DNA from: the human T2T-CHM13v2.0 reference genome, Homo sapiens | Length of the DNA stretch: 64,000 bases | NCBI GenBank assembly: GCA_009914755.4 | Contig: CP068257.2 | Span: 28,544,001-28,608,000, forward strand | Direction: 5' to 3' | Shown: positions 48,564-63,432 of the stretch, piece by piece | Layout: every line of letters starts with the position of its first letter | How positions within the stretch are numbered: the first letter of the stretch is position 1 | Position numbers and translations under genes: made by a program | The notes under the pieces: model-generated | Database searches by the model: none | What the model was told of the DNA's origin: nothing | The model's input: the letters and a program-made list of their open reading frames with translations, nothing else

Positions 48564-50380
48564 GTACTGGAGACCAAACCACGAAGAAGGCACAGTTCCT
48601 CCCTCAAGGAGCTTGCAGGCTAATCAGGGGAGAACAGTTGCTTCAGGCCTGACTGCCATTTAGAACCAGCCTTTCAGTTGAGCATAAAAATCACAAGATT
48701 TGTGACAAGCTGTTCCAAACACAAATGCCTGCAGGGACTAGGGAGGAAAGAGAAAAACGTAAAGCAGGACAGGTAAAAATTGTGTTTGTTCCTCTAAATG
48801 AAGCAAAAGCTACACAAATGCAGTTGATTTTGGCCTCATGGGAGTGGACTCTAGTGTTACTGGATCTTTCCATTCTTAACAAGTCAGAAATCTGTATTTT
48901 TTTAAACCCTTCTTTGTTTAATGTTGCCACTAGTATGGGGTTTGAACAAAACATGTGGGACAAATTTGGCTCAAGGTTGGCCAGTTTCCATGTGTCAAAA
49001 ACCAGTGACCTCTAGATATCAATTGCCATCAGGAAAGCTCCTTATTTGAATGGGCACTGAACCCAGCCATGTTTCAGATCCTCAGTCAACAACAGGAGAG
49101 CAGAACCTGCTGCTTCCATGGAATGTTATAAGAATTAATGGCCCTGTGAAGGACTTAGATCTCCTTGGATAAAGGAACTGTGCAAGTAAACATTGTAATC
49201 AGTAATATTATGTTGTACTGGTTGACCCAAACCATGGCAGGTCAGTTCTGCATGTTACATACAGTGGTGGAGAAATCAGTTAGAGCTATTCACTATCAAC
49301 TTCTAGAACTTTCCTAAACACCTGTAATTTATCTGTAAATTACCTAGAAGAGTTTGTAAGTCTCTTCAGAAAAATGCAAATCTGATTTCTAAAACCGTCT
49401 TAATTTTAAAAGGTAATCTTAATTATTTACCAACTACTCATAAAATTTTTGTGCGGACTTGAAGTGCAGTTAAGTATGAGAAAAGGAGATTAGCTGGTAC
49501 ATGCACACGTTCTGTAACAGAACACAGCCTGTCTGCTGGAGAGATGACAGTGAATGAGTCCCCCATCCTGATTTTCCCACAGCTTAATAACCTCCAAAAC
49601 AAGGAAGTGGACATAGCGAAACTGGTCTCCATAGATTCACTTTTCCCATAACAGAGATTCTATTTTAATAAGGCTGTTAGTCAGACAAAACCCCTATTGA
49701 CCTGTGGCAGCACATTGCATGCTTTCTCTTGTTTCCCCGGTTTTACCAGTGCTTAGGAAGCAAGCCAATATCAAGTGTGGGTCAGGCTAGTAGCTGGAGA
49801 TATGCCCTGTGACTCATCTTTATCTTCAGTGTGCTTCTTTGAATATTGCACAACTGCCCATGACAGAGACACATTTTAAAGGGATCCAGACTACTCAGGC
49901 TTGAACAGAAAAGAAAACCTAGCATATGTTGAATGAATAATACAATCCAAACCAGTGATTTTTTAAAAGTCTCCTCTCAAATATTATGTATCAGGGATGT
50001 AAATTAATCAAGACTGCCTTTCCCCCATTAAAGGTCTGTGAACAAGTTGGGGATAAATCTGAATAACTACATATGTAGTTACAACAGATTTCTGGGATCT
50101 CTGCCCTGATTGGAAACAGTTTTGTCTATGTCCCATGTTATAATATAAATGTAAATAGAAGATGTTGGCCCTTGAGTCAAACATAGGATTCTTGAGCATT
50201 TCAATTACAAGCACTTTGCAGCATTGCTCCCTTGTATATACCAACTTGAGAAATAATGGCTCTGCCCCAAGTTTAAAAAATATCAAGCCCTGGGAAGAAA
50301 TTTGCCCTATAAGAACATATATATGGCTACTTTCACCTTATGATAACAGGATGATGTCAATCACCTATTAAAAATAAGTA

Positions 50381-50706
50381 GGGTGGACGCAACGGCTCCC
50401 ACCCATAATCCCAGCACTTTGGGAGGCCAAAGCAGGAGAATTGCTTGGGCCCAAGAGTCTGAGACCAGCCTGGGCAACATGGCGCAACCCTGTCTCCACA
50501 AAAGATAGAAAACTTAGTGGGGCATGGGGATGTGCACCTATAGTCCCAGCTACTCAGGAGGCTGAAATGGGTGGATCGCATGAGCCTGGGAAGTCAATGC
50601 TGTAGTGAGCTATGGTTGCACCACTGCACTCCAGCCTGGATGACAAAGCAAGACCCTGTCTCTAAAAAAAATAAAAAAGTAAATAAGTAAATAAACTCAG
50701 CTAGAT

Positions 50707-50737
<31 letters not shown>

Positions 50738-50738
50738 C
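50381..50738 (+). mobile_element. Alu SINE with a long A-rich tail
   Basis: gggtggacgcaacggctcccacccataatcccagcactttgggaggcc...ccactgcactccagcctggatgacaaagcaagaccctgtctctaaaaaaaataaaaaagtaaataagtaaataaa, followed by A(31). Confidence 0.9.
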
Positions 50739-51235
50739 CCAAACCTCATAAGCTCTTTTGCTGGAATTTGTCACGTAGCTGGAGATACAAAGTACCCAGT
50801 CTTGGAAAAGATTTAAGAACTATGTTTAAGCTTGCCATCAATGTACAAACATTAAAATAATTAGAAATTCACATGGCAAATTTGAAACTAAACTAATAAA
50901 AAGAAATTTCTGGTATTTTCTGCCACAATTAAATTTTAAAATATGGTAAGATTGATATACATAATACTCTCGCTTAGGATCTGGTCTATTCCAAATAGAA
51001 TTGTTCTCACAATAGCAATGTATTTTATAGTGACCATACAGTCATGATGATCATCAAAGGGACAATAAGAATACACAGATAAAAAGAGTACAATGGGATT
51101 AAACAGATTGTGTTTCATAGATTCATTTCTGACTTTCTTGCTAGTAATGGAAAAGTAATGCAGACTTACTTCATTTCCAAAACAGAGACTTAGTTATTTG
51201 GTTACAAGCTCATTAAAATACCAGATTTATTATCA

Positions 51236-51335
51236 TGATTAATATATATATATATGTATATATATAGTATATATATAATTATATATAATATGTATCAAAT
51301 ATGTAATTATATATACATATAGAGGATATTATTAA
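51236..51335. repeat. (TA)n-rich low-complexity tract
   Basis: taatatatatatatatgtatatatatagtatatatataattatatataatatgtat... Confidence 0.85.
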
Positions 51336-52317
51336 AGTGATTGACAGTTAATATTTGAATTATGTCTCTATGTAAAATTGAGGTTTGAATAACACCTTGA
51401 TTTGTATCCAGTAATTTGAGTTGTAGAATTTATTCATCTAAGCTCTAGAGAAAAGGCTGCCATCTACTGAAAAATTAGGGTGTCTTCTTGGAGTCCAAGG
51501 ATAGTCCCGAGAAAACTCTACTACCATTGTGGCCATTACTTTTTCTAAAAGCTACAAAATGAAAAATGAGGTACCATGATTATTCCCCCGGCATTTAAAC
51601 AAATAAGGAGAGGGATGTATGTGAGACGGAGGGGCAAACACGTTTGGTGTATGGAGGGTTCACCGTAAAGTGAAGGGGTGAGGGTTGGGGAATCACTCAA
51701 TAACAGTACTTAGAATTACCAAGACCTGAAATCTGGGAAAAAATTGGTTGGTGGACTAAAATATAAACAAGATGAAAACATTGAGATAAATGGGGGGAAA
51801 ATTAGAAGCTCTGAAAACAGAAACCACAGAAATATAGATGGGAGAGAGAAAGTGAGATAGAAATAGAGGCTAAAAATAGGGAGGCATTAGTAGTTCTGAA
51901 GAATGGAGGTATACAGTTTATCTGACACCTTCCAGCCCTGTCTAGCATGTCCTTCTGTACTGCAGAGACTCATGAGTGACATATTTCACACAATGCCTTT
52001 CAGGTTATTCTGGATACTATTTTGACTTCAAATATTAGTTACATTTGCAAGAAATTTGTTTTGACCCTGAGTTACATAGAAAGAGAGGATGGTTTCAGCA
52101 CGTTCATTTCGTTGACCTGGATGGTGACAGAGGAGCCATGTTCCTGGAGCCAGCAGCTTTGTTAATGGTTCTCTGACATGGAAAGAAGCTTCCAGATACT
52201 TCAACGTTTACATCATGGTAGAAGCAGTACCTTCTGGGTTGTCCAGTATTGCTTGTGGTTTTGGGGATTATTCCTGAAGGCTGAGGCTAGTCTATTTGTT
52301 CACTTTCCCCAATAATT

Positions 52318-52523
52318 CTATGAACTGTATATTTGTTTGGAAATACTTTTCTGTGGACACTAACTAGAATGGATTCATAGGTCTCAGTAAAAAAAGTTGA
52401 CTGGTACAGAAGGAAATACACTATGAACTGTATATTTGTTTGGAAATACTTTTCTGTGGACACTAACTAGAGTGGATTCATAGGTCTCAGTAAAAAATGT
52501 TGACTAGTACAGAAGGAAATTGT
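52318..52523. repeat. Tandem duplication of 2 copies of about 103 bp
   Basis: ctatgaactgtatatttgtttggaaatacttttctgtggacactaactagaatggattcataggtctcagtaaaaaaagttgactggtacagaaggaaat recurs immediately, with about 4 substitutions (agtggattc, aaaaatgttgactagtac). Confidence 0.9.
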
Positions 52524-53278
52524 TGAGTTGGTTGGGACAAAAAGAGATCTTTCCATTTTTCATATAGTATTATTGAATAGGGCTGTGAGCTTGTTTCTCA
52601 CTCAGTTGTGGAATGTTAACTGATTAATCTCACAGGGATTCTTCAGCCTTAAACTCTTATTAGTGGGTTTACTTTGAACATAAAAATATTCATATCCTAT
52701 TAGCAGACAAATTCATTAGGATTCATCAAGATCCAAAACCTAGTCACATAGGAAACTTGATGAAGTCAAACCAGCATGACAAAACTTCCTGCTTCCAGGT
52801 TGACCCTTAACATTGATAACAGCTTTTGCTTTATTTTGTTTCTAAAGATGATTTCAAAAGCAATTTATGGTTTTTACTGGGACTAGAGTTTCATAAAAGA
52901 ACATGGCTGATAGTGGGTCACCAATCTGAATGCACAGTCAGCTAAAGTAGTAGGGAAAAGCTAAGTGCAGTCAGAAGCAGAAACAATGATTTAGAGCTAT
53001 ATGGGTCATATGAGGCGGAGGAGGTAAGAAAAATGACTTTTCACAATATGACAAGGAATACAAATATGCAGAAGGAAACAGATTCTCTAATAGATGATTA
53101 AATAAAATGAATGCAGTATGTGCTATAAAATTTAAGGTAAACAATAATTATTATAGGTCTATTGAAAGAAAAATAAACGGAAAGCTGAGAAATGCATTGA
53201 GCTGAAGGACTGAGCAGAGCCAGTCCCAGCAGAGCCAGTAAGCCCAGCAGAGCCCAGCAGAGCCAGTAAGATACAAAA

Positions 53279-53568
53279 GGCCAGGCATGGTGGCTCATGC
53301 CTGTCATTCCAGCACTTTGAGAGGCAGAGGTGGGCAGATCACCAGAGGTCAGGACTTCGAGATCTGCCTGACCAACATGGTGAAACCTTGTCTCTACTAA
53401 AAATACAAAAATTAGATGGGCACAGTGGTACGTGCCAGCTACTCAAGAGCCTGAGGCAAGAAAATTGCTTGAACTCAGGAGGCGGAGGTTACAGTGAGCC
53501 AAGAGTGCACCGCTGCACTCCAGCCTGAGTGACAGAGTGAGACTCCATCTCCAAAAGAAAAAAAAAAA
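53279..53568 (+). mobile_element. Alu SINE
   Basis: ggccaggcatggtggctcatgcctgtcattccagcactttgagaggcagaggtgggcagatcacc...ccgctgcactccagcctgagtgacagagtgagactccatctccaaaagaaaaaaaaaaag. Confidence 0.9.
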
Positions 53569-53727
53569 GTTACAAAAGAAAGATTCTAAGCAAATGCCCA
53601 TAAAATGCACAAGTGCTTTAAGTTGAAATCAGTATGTTGTTTTCTAAGGCACTGTGCTTTTAGGAAAAGGAAGTGAAAAAAAGGTATCTCCTTGTTAAAA
53701 TCCACAAGTTTCTTAGAAGTGGCAATT

Positions 53728-55046
53728 TCATGGAGGCATCACAGTACTCCCCTTCAAACTATACTATAAGGCTACAGTAACCAAAACAGCATGGTACTGG
53801 TACAAAAACAGACACATTGACCAACAAAACAGAATGGAGAACCCAGAAATGAAGTCACATGCCTACCACCATTTGATCTTTGACAATGTTGACAAAAATA
53901 AGCAACACAGAAAGAACTTCCTATTCAATAAATGGTGTTGAGATAACTGGCTTTGCCATATGCGGAAGAATGAAACTAGACCCCTACCTTTTACCATATA
54001 CAATCATGAACTCAAGATGGATTAAAGATTTAAATGTAAGATGTCAAACTGTAAGAATCCTGGAAGCAAACTTAGGAAACACCAGTCTAGACATCAGCCT
54101 TGGGAAAGAATTTATGACTAAGTACCTAAAAGCAATTGCAATAAAAACAAAAATCAACAAGTGGACTTAACCAAAATAGAGAGATTCTGCACAGCAAAAG
54201 AAACTGTCAACAGAGTAAACAAACATTCTACAGAATAGGAGAAAAATATTCACAAACTATGCATCTGACAAAAGTTTAATATTCAGAATCTATAAGAAAC
54301 TTAATTCATCAAGCAAAAAACAAATAACTCCATTAAAAAGTAGGGAAAAGCCATGAACAGACACTTCTTAAAAGAAGACACGCAAGCAGCCAATAAACAT
54401 GAAAAAGTGCTCAACATCACTAATCACCAGATGAATGCAAATTAAAACCATAATGGGATACCATCTCACAACAATTAGAATGGCTACTATTAAAAAGTCA
54501 GAAGACAACAGATGCTGGCGAGGCTGTGTAGAAAAGGGAACGGTTATACACTGTTGGTGGGAATGTACATTAGTTCAGCCACTGTGAAGAGTTCACTGAA
54601 GCACTGCCTACAATAGCAAAGACATGGAATCAACCTAGGTGCCCATTAATGGTGGATTGGATAAATAAAATGTGGTACATATACACCATGGAATATGATG
54701 CACCCATTAAAAAAATGAAATCATGTTCTTTGCAGCAACGTGGATGCAGCTAGAGACCATTATCCTCAGCAGGAACAGAAAACTAAATGCTGCATTTTCT
54801 CACTCATAAAAGGGGGCTAAACACTGTGTACTCATTGACATAAAGATGGCAATCATAGACACTGAGGACTACTAGAGGAGAGAGGGAGGGGTGCAAGGAC
54901 TGAAAAACCATTGGGTACTATGCTCACTATCTAGATGGCAGGATCAATCATACCCCAAACCTCAGGATCAAACAATATACTCATGTAACAAATCTGCACA
55001 GGTACCCCCTGAATCTAAAATATAAGTTAAATTACAAAGAAAAAAG
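53728..55046 (+). mobile_element. Older L1 (L1PB/L1MA-like) fragment of about 1.3 kb, 5'-truncated, covering the ORF2 C-terminal third to the 3' end
   Basis: It starts ggaggcatcacagtactccccttcaaactatactataaggctacagtaaccaaaacagcatggtactggtacaaaaacagacacattgaccaacaaaacagaatggagaacccagaaat and runs through ...gggataccatctcacaacaattagaatggctactattaaaaagtc...ctcactcataaaagggggctaaacactgtgtactcattgac to ...gtaacaaatctgcacaggtacccc. The ORF at 53880..54170 translates as L1 ORF2-like peptide. Confidence 0.85.
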
Positions 55047-56594
55047 AAGTAGTATCAGGTTCTCAGTCACTGCATGGAAGATAAAATAGATCTCACATGG
55101 GAAATCCAGATCTTGCTGAAGACATCCAAGTCCCTTTATGTTCTATAATTTCAATAACAGCTTCCAATGTGGGAGCTCTTTTACCTCTGGGAACGTTAAC
55201 CCATAAAAAAATAGAGCAGAAGTGAGACTCCAATCTTTAACCTGACACAGAAACTTCTTGTAAAAGTCAGTAGGCCTTGAAAGAAAGTTAATATGCCACA
55301 GAATTTGGCTTTATGGCTTTGATGGTGTGTGAATACATTTAAATGAAAAGAGAGACTGTCAGTGGCGGAGAAGCTGAGGACTAGGAAAAGGACACCATGT
55401 TGCCACATTAGTATGTGATGTAATTTTTTCCATCACTATTTTCTTAGACACAATATTAAATTGTAATGTTACTTTTATTTAAGCCAATCAGTATTACATA
55501 TTGTATGATTTAATGCTGTAATTCAACTCACCTTTCCCAAGAAGATAGTTATTAATGTAATGTTTAAATTGTTATCACTCTGTGTACAATTATAAAGATG
55601 ATGTTATTCTTATTTTCTAACAGGAGGAAGACTTTTTCCAGCCAAGTTACTTTAGCCATTTCAACCCCTTTCTCCTTAATGGGAAGCAGATGGCTATTGA
55701 TTGATTCCTGCAGAGAATGTTGAAACATTAGATCCAGTAGAGAATGCCAAAGAGCTGCAGCAATTCATGGGTAAAAGGGAGAGTTTTTCAGAGATATTAC
55801 AGGGAAGTGTTATTTTTTATCTTCCATCTCTCAATTAATAAAGATTTGAGCAAATACATAAGCCATGACCAAAATTTAACAAGGAGGAGCCTGAGGATAG
55901 CAGCAGAAACCCCAAAGTGATTAAGTGAAATGAGAACAGCATGAGATTTAGCAGGGAAAAAGTTTGCTTAATTCTACCAGGTTTAAATTCTTGCCAGTTC
56001 CTTGAGAAGGAGGAAATGAAGAAGGATTCAATGTTCCTCTAGGTATCCTTTACAGGGCTGTATTCGATATAAACATGTTTTATTGCAGGCAATAGAGCAA
56101 ATCACCATTTGATTAGGGTAGAGAGCAGATTCTATGCCATCAGTGCCTTGAACTTTGTTCAGTGCCTTGGACGTTGTTACAAGTACAGATGTGTTGGGTT
56201 ACCTCTACTTGCTTTATAGAAACAAAATTTTCTCTAACATACCATAGATGTAGGTTGAAAATGTACGGTTATATAGCCCCATCACTCTGAACTCTATGTT
56301 TCTATACCTCATCCAATACAATGGCTCAGTTCTCTCCCTGGGTCCCTGCTCTTGATTATGAGAATAGTATGTAATTAATTACCTTTAGGAGAAACATAAT
56401 GTTTTAATTCACTCTACAAAAAGGATTCTTTGTTAATAAAAACATAGATGCACTTTACTATTACTACTGTTACCACTAGTCAATGTCAATGGCTACTGTT
56501 TATTAAGAACTTACTTTGTGACAGTCATTATAATCCATGAGTGTACATTACCATAATTGGTTAACACACCTCCAGGTGGTAAGTATTTTTATTA

Positions 56595-56700
56595 TTAGCT
56601 CCACTTACATATAAGGAAACTGCAGCTTAGTGAATTTAAGAAACTTGCTCGAGGCTACACAGTTTGTAAGTGGTGCACATGGTTTGAACCCACTGAATCA
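56595..56700 (+). mobile_element. MIR SINE fragment
   Basis: catataaggaaactgcagcttagtgaatttaagaaacttgctcgaggctacacagtttgtaagtggtgcacatggtttgaacccactgaatc matches the MIR core (ggaaactgaggc...gcccaaggtcacacag...tagtaagtgg...gggattcgaaccc). Confidence 0.5.
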
Positions 56701-58126
56701 TCCCTTTCATTGACTACTTTGTTCTTCCAGAGGAAGCAGTAACTTACAAGTAATTCAAAGTATTATTGCTTAATCAATGACTAATCTCCTGAACCAACTT
56801 TCAGATATTAAACACAGACAGATATACAGATGTCTTTTCACATAGCTATGTTTTAATCTTGGAAAGAAATATAAATATCCCATTTCGTCCTCATAATAGC
56901 TATTGAGGAGGATATGATAGGTTTTATCATGTAAAATTTATCATGGGGTAATTGAAGCTCAAAGATATATAATCTGTCTAAAATTACACAGCTAATATTT
57001 GGCAAAGCTTGAGTCTTCCAAATTTAGACTTTTTTTTTTTTTTTTGCCAATCCACAAGGTTTACCCAAGATAGTCTTCCAATAAAACTATGCCCATCTGT
57101 CTCAATCCCTGATTGCTGACCTCCTGAGATATTTTTAAATCATGAAATGCTTTCAAACTGATTAGCTAGTATTTATAAACTAGTGAGCACTAACCACCTC
57201 AGAAAGGAATTTGAGACTTGTCTTAAACACGGAAATGATCAGGTCATTGCCATCAGTGTGGTCCCTATGATGACAGCAGTATTTAGAAAAGTATATTTCA
57301 AATGTTTATTAAAGTCATAGAGAAGAATGATGTACTTTACATTGCATCTCATTTGTCAAGAGTGATTATGATCTGAGCTTTGCAAATCAAGATCATTGAT
57401 GAAATGGAGGAAGTAATCGATGTGAAAAATATTCTGCATGTTTATGTGATCAAACACCAAAGGTTCATGGTTTTACTTTTCAAAATGAGCTTCTGCATAT
57501 GGGCAGAAGTATACAGTACAGTGGTGTGCTGACAGTAAGGATGAGGGGAGGTGCCAGGGACATATCAGGGACATATGTGTCTGCGGAGTGACAGGAAATA
57601 CCTTTCTGAATTACCAACTTTCTCAAAAATTGAGGAGAAATAAAACTAAATTACTGAACTGGTGCTATAAGATACTCATTAGAGTATTGAAACAAATACA
57701 CAACATGTTAGAATGAAAAAATATTGCATCAATTACAACAAAATAAGACATGGGATTTCTAGGAGATTTCATGACTGCAAATGAAGGTGTGGCTAAGGAT
57801 TCACCTGCCATCTCTCAGGGACATGTCTCTCTTGGCTTTTGGGAGCTATCACTCTGGAACCCGAGAACTAATTTAGGGAAAATCTGGAAAAGATTTTAGT
57901 AGAGGAGGAAGCTTTGTTTTTCTTTCAATAAAGTCAGTGAACCAGGACATGGAAATTTCTGGGAAGACTTAATGTGTCAATCTAAAGGAAAAACTGAGGC
58001 CAAATTAATATAAGTAGAGAGTTTATTTGGGCCACGTTTGAGGACTGCAACCTGAGAGGATAGATGCAAATTGCCTGGAATATAGACTCTGATTAGAAAC
58101 AGTTAAAAGTGAGTTTAAAAAATTTT

Positions 58127-58422
58127 TGTATTTATGTATTTTCTTGAGACAGGGTCTTGCTCTGTCACTCAGGCTGGGGCACAGTGGTGCAATCTTGGCT
58201 CACTGCAACCTCCCAGGTTCAAGCAATTCTCTTGCCTCAACCAGGCAAGTAGCTGTGATTACAGGCATGGACCACCTCACCTGGCTAATGTCTGTACTTT
58301 TAGTAGAGACAGAGTTTCACCATGCTGGCCAGGCATGTCTTGAACTCCTGGCCTCAAGTGATCCGCCAACCTCAGCCTCCCAAAGTGCAGGGATTACAGG
58401 CGTGAGCCACCACACCTGGCCC
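58127..58422 (-). mobile_element. Alu SINE (antisense)
   Basis: gagacagggtcttgctctgtcactcaggctggggcacagtggtgcaatcttggctcactgcaacc...cccaaagtgcagggattacaggcgtgagccaccacacctggccc. Confidence 0.92.
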
Positions 58423-58463
58423 AAGTACATTTTTAAAAGAAAAGAAGAGGCAGTTCCTAAATG

Positions 58464-58772
58464 TTTTTTTATTTTTATTTTTATTTTTTTTGAGACGTAG
58501 TCTCGCACTGTTGCCCAGGCTGAAGTGCAGTGGTGTGAGCTTGGCTCACTGCAAACTCTGCCTCCCAGGTTCAAGCAATTCTCCTGCCTCAGCCTCCTGA
58601 GTAGCTGGGACTACAGGTGCGTGCCACCATGCCCGGCTAATTTTTGTATTTTTAGTAGAGACGGGGTTTCATCACATTGGCCAGGATGGTCTCGATCTCC
58701 TGACCTCGTGATCTGCCCGACTCGGCCTCCCAAAGTGCCGGGATTACAGATGTGAGCCACCATGCCCAGCCC
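58464..58772 (-). mobile_element. AluY SINE (antisense), directly downstream of the previous Alu
   Basis: A T-rich leader is followed by gagacgtagtctcgcactgttgcccaggctgaagtgcagtggtgtgagc...ggtttcatcacattggccaggatggtctcgatctcctgacctcgtgatctgcccgactcggcctcccaaagtgccgggattacagatgtgagccaccatgcccagccc. Confidence 0.92.
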
Positions 58773-59422
58773 CTAAATTGTTTACCAAGAATTTACATGA
58801 AAATAACATAAGCTATTGATTGACTATATATTGTTCTTTATCTCACAAATTCCAGGAACATGACAATAATGGACAGGGCAGCCAGTCAGGAACAAAATGA
58901 CTTTAAACCATTGTCCCTGAGCATGGGTGACGAGGGAGAAAAACCTGACTGAGGTCCCATCCTCATGTCTCTCTGGGCTTAATAAATTTCACATACTTCA
59001 CAGCCCAGACTGCTCTCAGTGGTTTTGCTTTTCTTGTAAGCATCTCTCTCAGATGAGGGACTTTTTGATGTTACGGTGTTCTCTGAGACTCCCAATGACT
59101 CCAAAGTATTTAACCTTTCCAGCTAATATTAAAAGAATCTGAAGAGACAGCATTAAAAACTCAAAGGTAAAAAAAAGAACACTTACCATTGGTTTATTCA
59201 TTAAGTTCAGATTTTTAGGACCCAACTGGATAGAGCAGATGGCAAATGGAGGTTTCACTCATTTACCACTGCTGAACTACCAGAAGCTGAATGGAGTTAT
59301 GGCTTATGAAAAACTGCTTAACTATTTTGTGAACCCAAACCTTCAACTTTAGAAAAATTCAGTCTTTAATGCATACATACCTAAGAGCATGTCTAAATTG
59401 TGAAGCATCTGTATGACGATAT

Positions 59423-59456
59423 TTCTTTTTCTTTTCTTTTCTTTTCTTTTCTTTTC

Positions 59457-59488
<32 letters not shown>

Positions 59489-59490
59489 CT
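59423..59490. repeat. (TTTTC)n pentanucleotide microsatellite, derived from the tail of the adjacent antisense Alu
   Basis: (cttttctttt)x7, followed by T(10). Confidence 0.95.
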
Positions 59491-59813
<323 letters not shown>

Positions 59814-62582
59814 CTAAAGAAACCGAGCAGAGAGAAAATTTTGACCAAGACAAAACATCCACACAAAGTAGAGATATGTAAATTGAATACAAACTTATCT
59901 GAAACTTCAGTAAATGCTTTCACTCTAGTTTGCTTCATGAGAATACATTGGCTTTTCTGAAACTACAGGTATGAAAAATGACAATCTCTGTCAGCACTGT
60001 GCTTCTCGATTGAACTGACAGGCCTAAGCTGAATGCACTCAAGTTTCTCTAGAATGACTCCAGTAAATAAAAGTTACAGCTCTGACTTGATTAGTAATAA
60101 ACACTGACTAGAAGGCTCCCTGTTTTTATATAAGTGATGGTGACAATGGCCATATTTGTTTTGGAGCAGATAATGTTTTTAATTTTTTAAAGAAAGCGCT
60201 ACTCAACCAAATAATAGTCACATGACCTACACAAATAGTTTTCTGATCATGTGACCATTGCTGATCTTAGATACATGTTGTTCTTAGATACAGTTTGTTC
60301 ATGACCTTGTCTCTGCCAAGAATGGAATTAAATTATGAAGCCCCTACTGTATAATAACAACTTTTCCAAATACTTGTTCAACTAACTATCACACCTATAC
60401 CAAGATCTAAAGAGTATAATAATCATCAAAAAGGTAAGAAAAATTAACTAAGGTTAAGTAGCCTACGCAAGTTAAAACATCTAGAAAGACGTGATTTAAA
60501 ATGGGGTTTTTAACTCCTAGTACAGAGTCATCTTTTGGGGGCATCTTCAACTGAAACAGACTTCAAATCTATGATATAATATGAGTTCTGGACAAACCTC
60601 TGTTTATCACTTGCAGTCACTTAGCATCACTTTGTTTAATCAAAACTGCATCTAATAGTTTTATTTAACATATGATTTTCTATTACACTCAGTATATGAG
60701 TGCTTAATAAGTGTACCTGGCTATGAAAGTTTATTATAAGAAAGTATGAAATGCATAGTTAATGCATATCTTTAAGTAAATTGTAAAGGTTGAATATCCT
60801 GTTATGCAAATATTTAGCAGCCTCTTGGTGCTTAAATTCTGTTTCAAATGGGGAAAGTGCAGATGATGCTATGAAGGAATTCTGATAGATGATTACACAC
60901 TCTTTGAGAACACTAGTTTTTAAATTTGCTGTGCTCCTAATCAGGATCAATTTATCAAAACTCCCTTAACTGCGAAGATAAATAGTGAAACTAACTGCCT
61001 TAATAATAGCTAGTTCCTTCTAAACTTCTTGAGGCTACATGCATATTTCCATGTCTTTATTTAATATATACAAAATTTATGTGAAGGACACCTTTATTAT
61101 CTTGTTGTACTTAATATAATAATAATAATGTATACAGACAAAAAGGAGGTGCCTTAGTTCTGAAAGTGCATTTTTCAAGATCACATACTAAACATGTGTT
61201 CAGAAAATAGCTTCAGAGAAATTATGATGATGGTTAAATATTTATATTATTCTCTTCCTGTTTACTATAATACCTTCCACTTTTCCTGTAATTAAGTACT
61301 GATGTTTGCCCTGCATAATTATTAAAAAGTTTTTTCTTAATGAAGGTGTTTAATTTTAAGCCACATTAAGAATTATCTCCATACATGCTTTATTATGTGT
61401 TACATGACAAATCTTCAAAAATATATTCTATTCCTCATCCTGTTTTTTTTCAGAACAGCAATTCATTTTTCAAACCAAAACATATAAAGATGACTTACAG
61501 AAAAAAATACCCTAAAAAAACAGAAGCGAAGACTGTTAGAAAAATGACTGTGTATTTGGTTTAACTAAGTAGGATAATCAAGTTTGTTACAAAAATAATG
61601 TCAATAGGAGACACTCTCAGAGTTCCAATGCCTGATAGGTATCCTACTAAGAGTTTATTCATTTGCTTATTCTCTTATCTGCTACCTGCAAAGAAGACAA
61701 ATTGATATTTTCACTTAAGTGATTCCAGATGAGTAAACCCATTAAAAAGAAAAAAAGTCAATGATTGGCATACGTCTGCAAATTTAGAAATTTTCACACA
61801 TGCAACTGTTACACTGCACTTCCCACGTTCTTCCAAACTGGAAACAATAATATGTATTATTTTATGTAAATAATTAAAAACTGGAACAAGTAGGCCACAA
61901 TAATTAATTACTTAACTATTTTCACTTTGCTAAAGCTGTCCTTAACAAGTGGTCTATTACCTTCATTAAAATTGTAATGAATTTTATCTCCCTTGGACCT
62001 TTTAGTGGAAATGAAAAATAACATATAAATAAGTAAATATTGAAATTATGCTTGGGATATGTCATATTCAAAAAATTGCAGTTTGCTGGTATATTAAAAA
62101 ATTCTGTACTTCTTTGAGTGACACCAAATATTTGTTTGCAAATAACCCTATATATTTGGAATGGAAAATATTGTCAGCCATGCTGTCACTTTCCTGCTCC
62201 ACTGGCACAATTTATTTTCAATTGATTTTTGTTTACTACTCCTAGATTTGGCCTTAGAATTCCTTTCAGAACAATTCTCTAGGGATCAGTGGCTTTGTGT
62301 TTTAAAATCTATTTGCCATCACTGATCTAAACTGTAAACGCTAAGAGAGCTGAGAACTACCATTCATGGTGAAATAGTCCAGCCATAGGGAAAAGGTAGA
62401 ACAAGTGCCTTATAGCTACAGTCCTTGCCGGAGAACTCTTATGGGCTGTTGAGAAGGCTAAAGCAACTTCATCTTGGATGCTAATCGACCATGTGGACTT
62501 CTCCTTAACCCCAATTCTGGGAATGCCTCTAAGATTTCTACTTTCATTTATTTAGCAAATCCTGACCTTAGGTCAAAACAAG

Positions 62583-62736
62583 CTTTTTTTTTTTTTTTCC
62601 CCTTGAGATGAGGTCTTGCTCATTTGCTCAGGCTGGAGGGCAGTGGTGCAATCATGGCTCATTACAGCCTCAAGCAGTCCTCTCACCTCAGCTTCCCAAA
62701 GTGTTGGGATTATAGGCCTGAGCCACCGCACCCAGC
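62583..62736 (-). mobile_element. Internally deleted Alu (about 150 bp, antisense)
   Basis: T(15)ccccttgagatgaggtcttgctcatttgctcaggctggagggcagtggtgcaatcatggctcattacagcctcaagcagtcctctcacctcagcttcccaaagtgttgggattataggcctgagccaccgcacccagc. Confidence 0.85.
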
Positions 62737-63116
62737 AAGAGCTTTGATGTTATCATAAACGCATACTCACCATAAATCTTGCCCCTAGGCAAATTCTGGA
62801 TGGTATAGAAGCCTTGAATGTGGAGAGTAACAATGCAGGGATCCCCTATCTTGTCTCTCAGCCGCCTGAAACATGGCTTCTGTTCCTAAGTGTCTATTAA
62901 TTGTTCTTTCTGAGATACTGGATTTGCCAGCCTCTTTTTTTCTGCCTCTCAGCTTCCTTGGCCTTTAGAGGTAGTTTTGCCTAGACCTGCTCACCAAGGA
63001 ACGGCTATGATTTGGGAGTAGGTAGATATCAAATAGGGAATTTATTGAGGTATGCACAATAGTTCCAGAGCTTAGCTCTGAAAAGAAGATTGAGTTATAT
63101 TTAATGAAGAAACCAA

Positions 63117-63432
<316 letters not shown>

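Noticed and set aside
58126-58755. ORFs of 69-124 aa inside the tandem Alus, and similar ORFs at 26956..27279, 27790..28080, 39577..39817, 41544..41804 and 63126..63446
   Set aside because: All lie wholly within Alu SINE sequence. These are characteristic Alu read-through peptides ([17 protein letters not shown] and similar) and are not genes.
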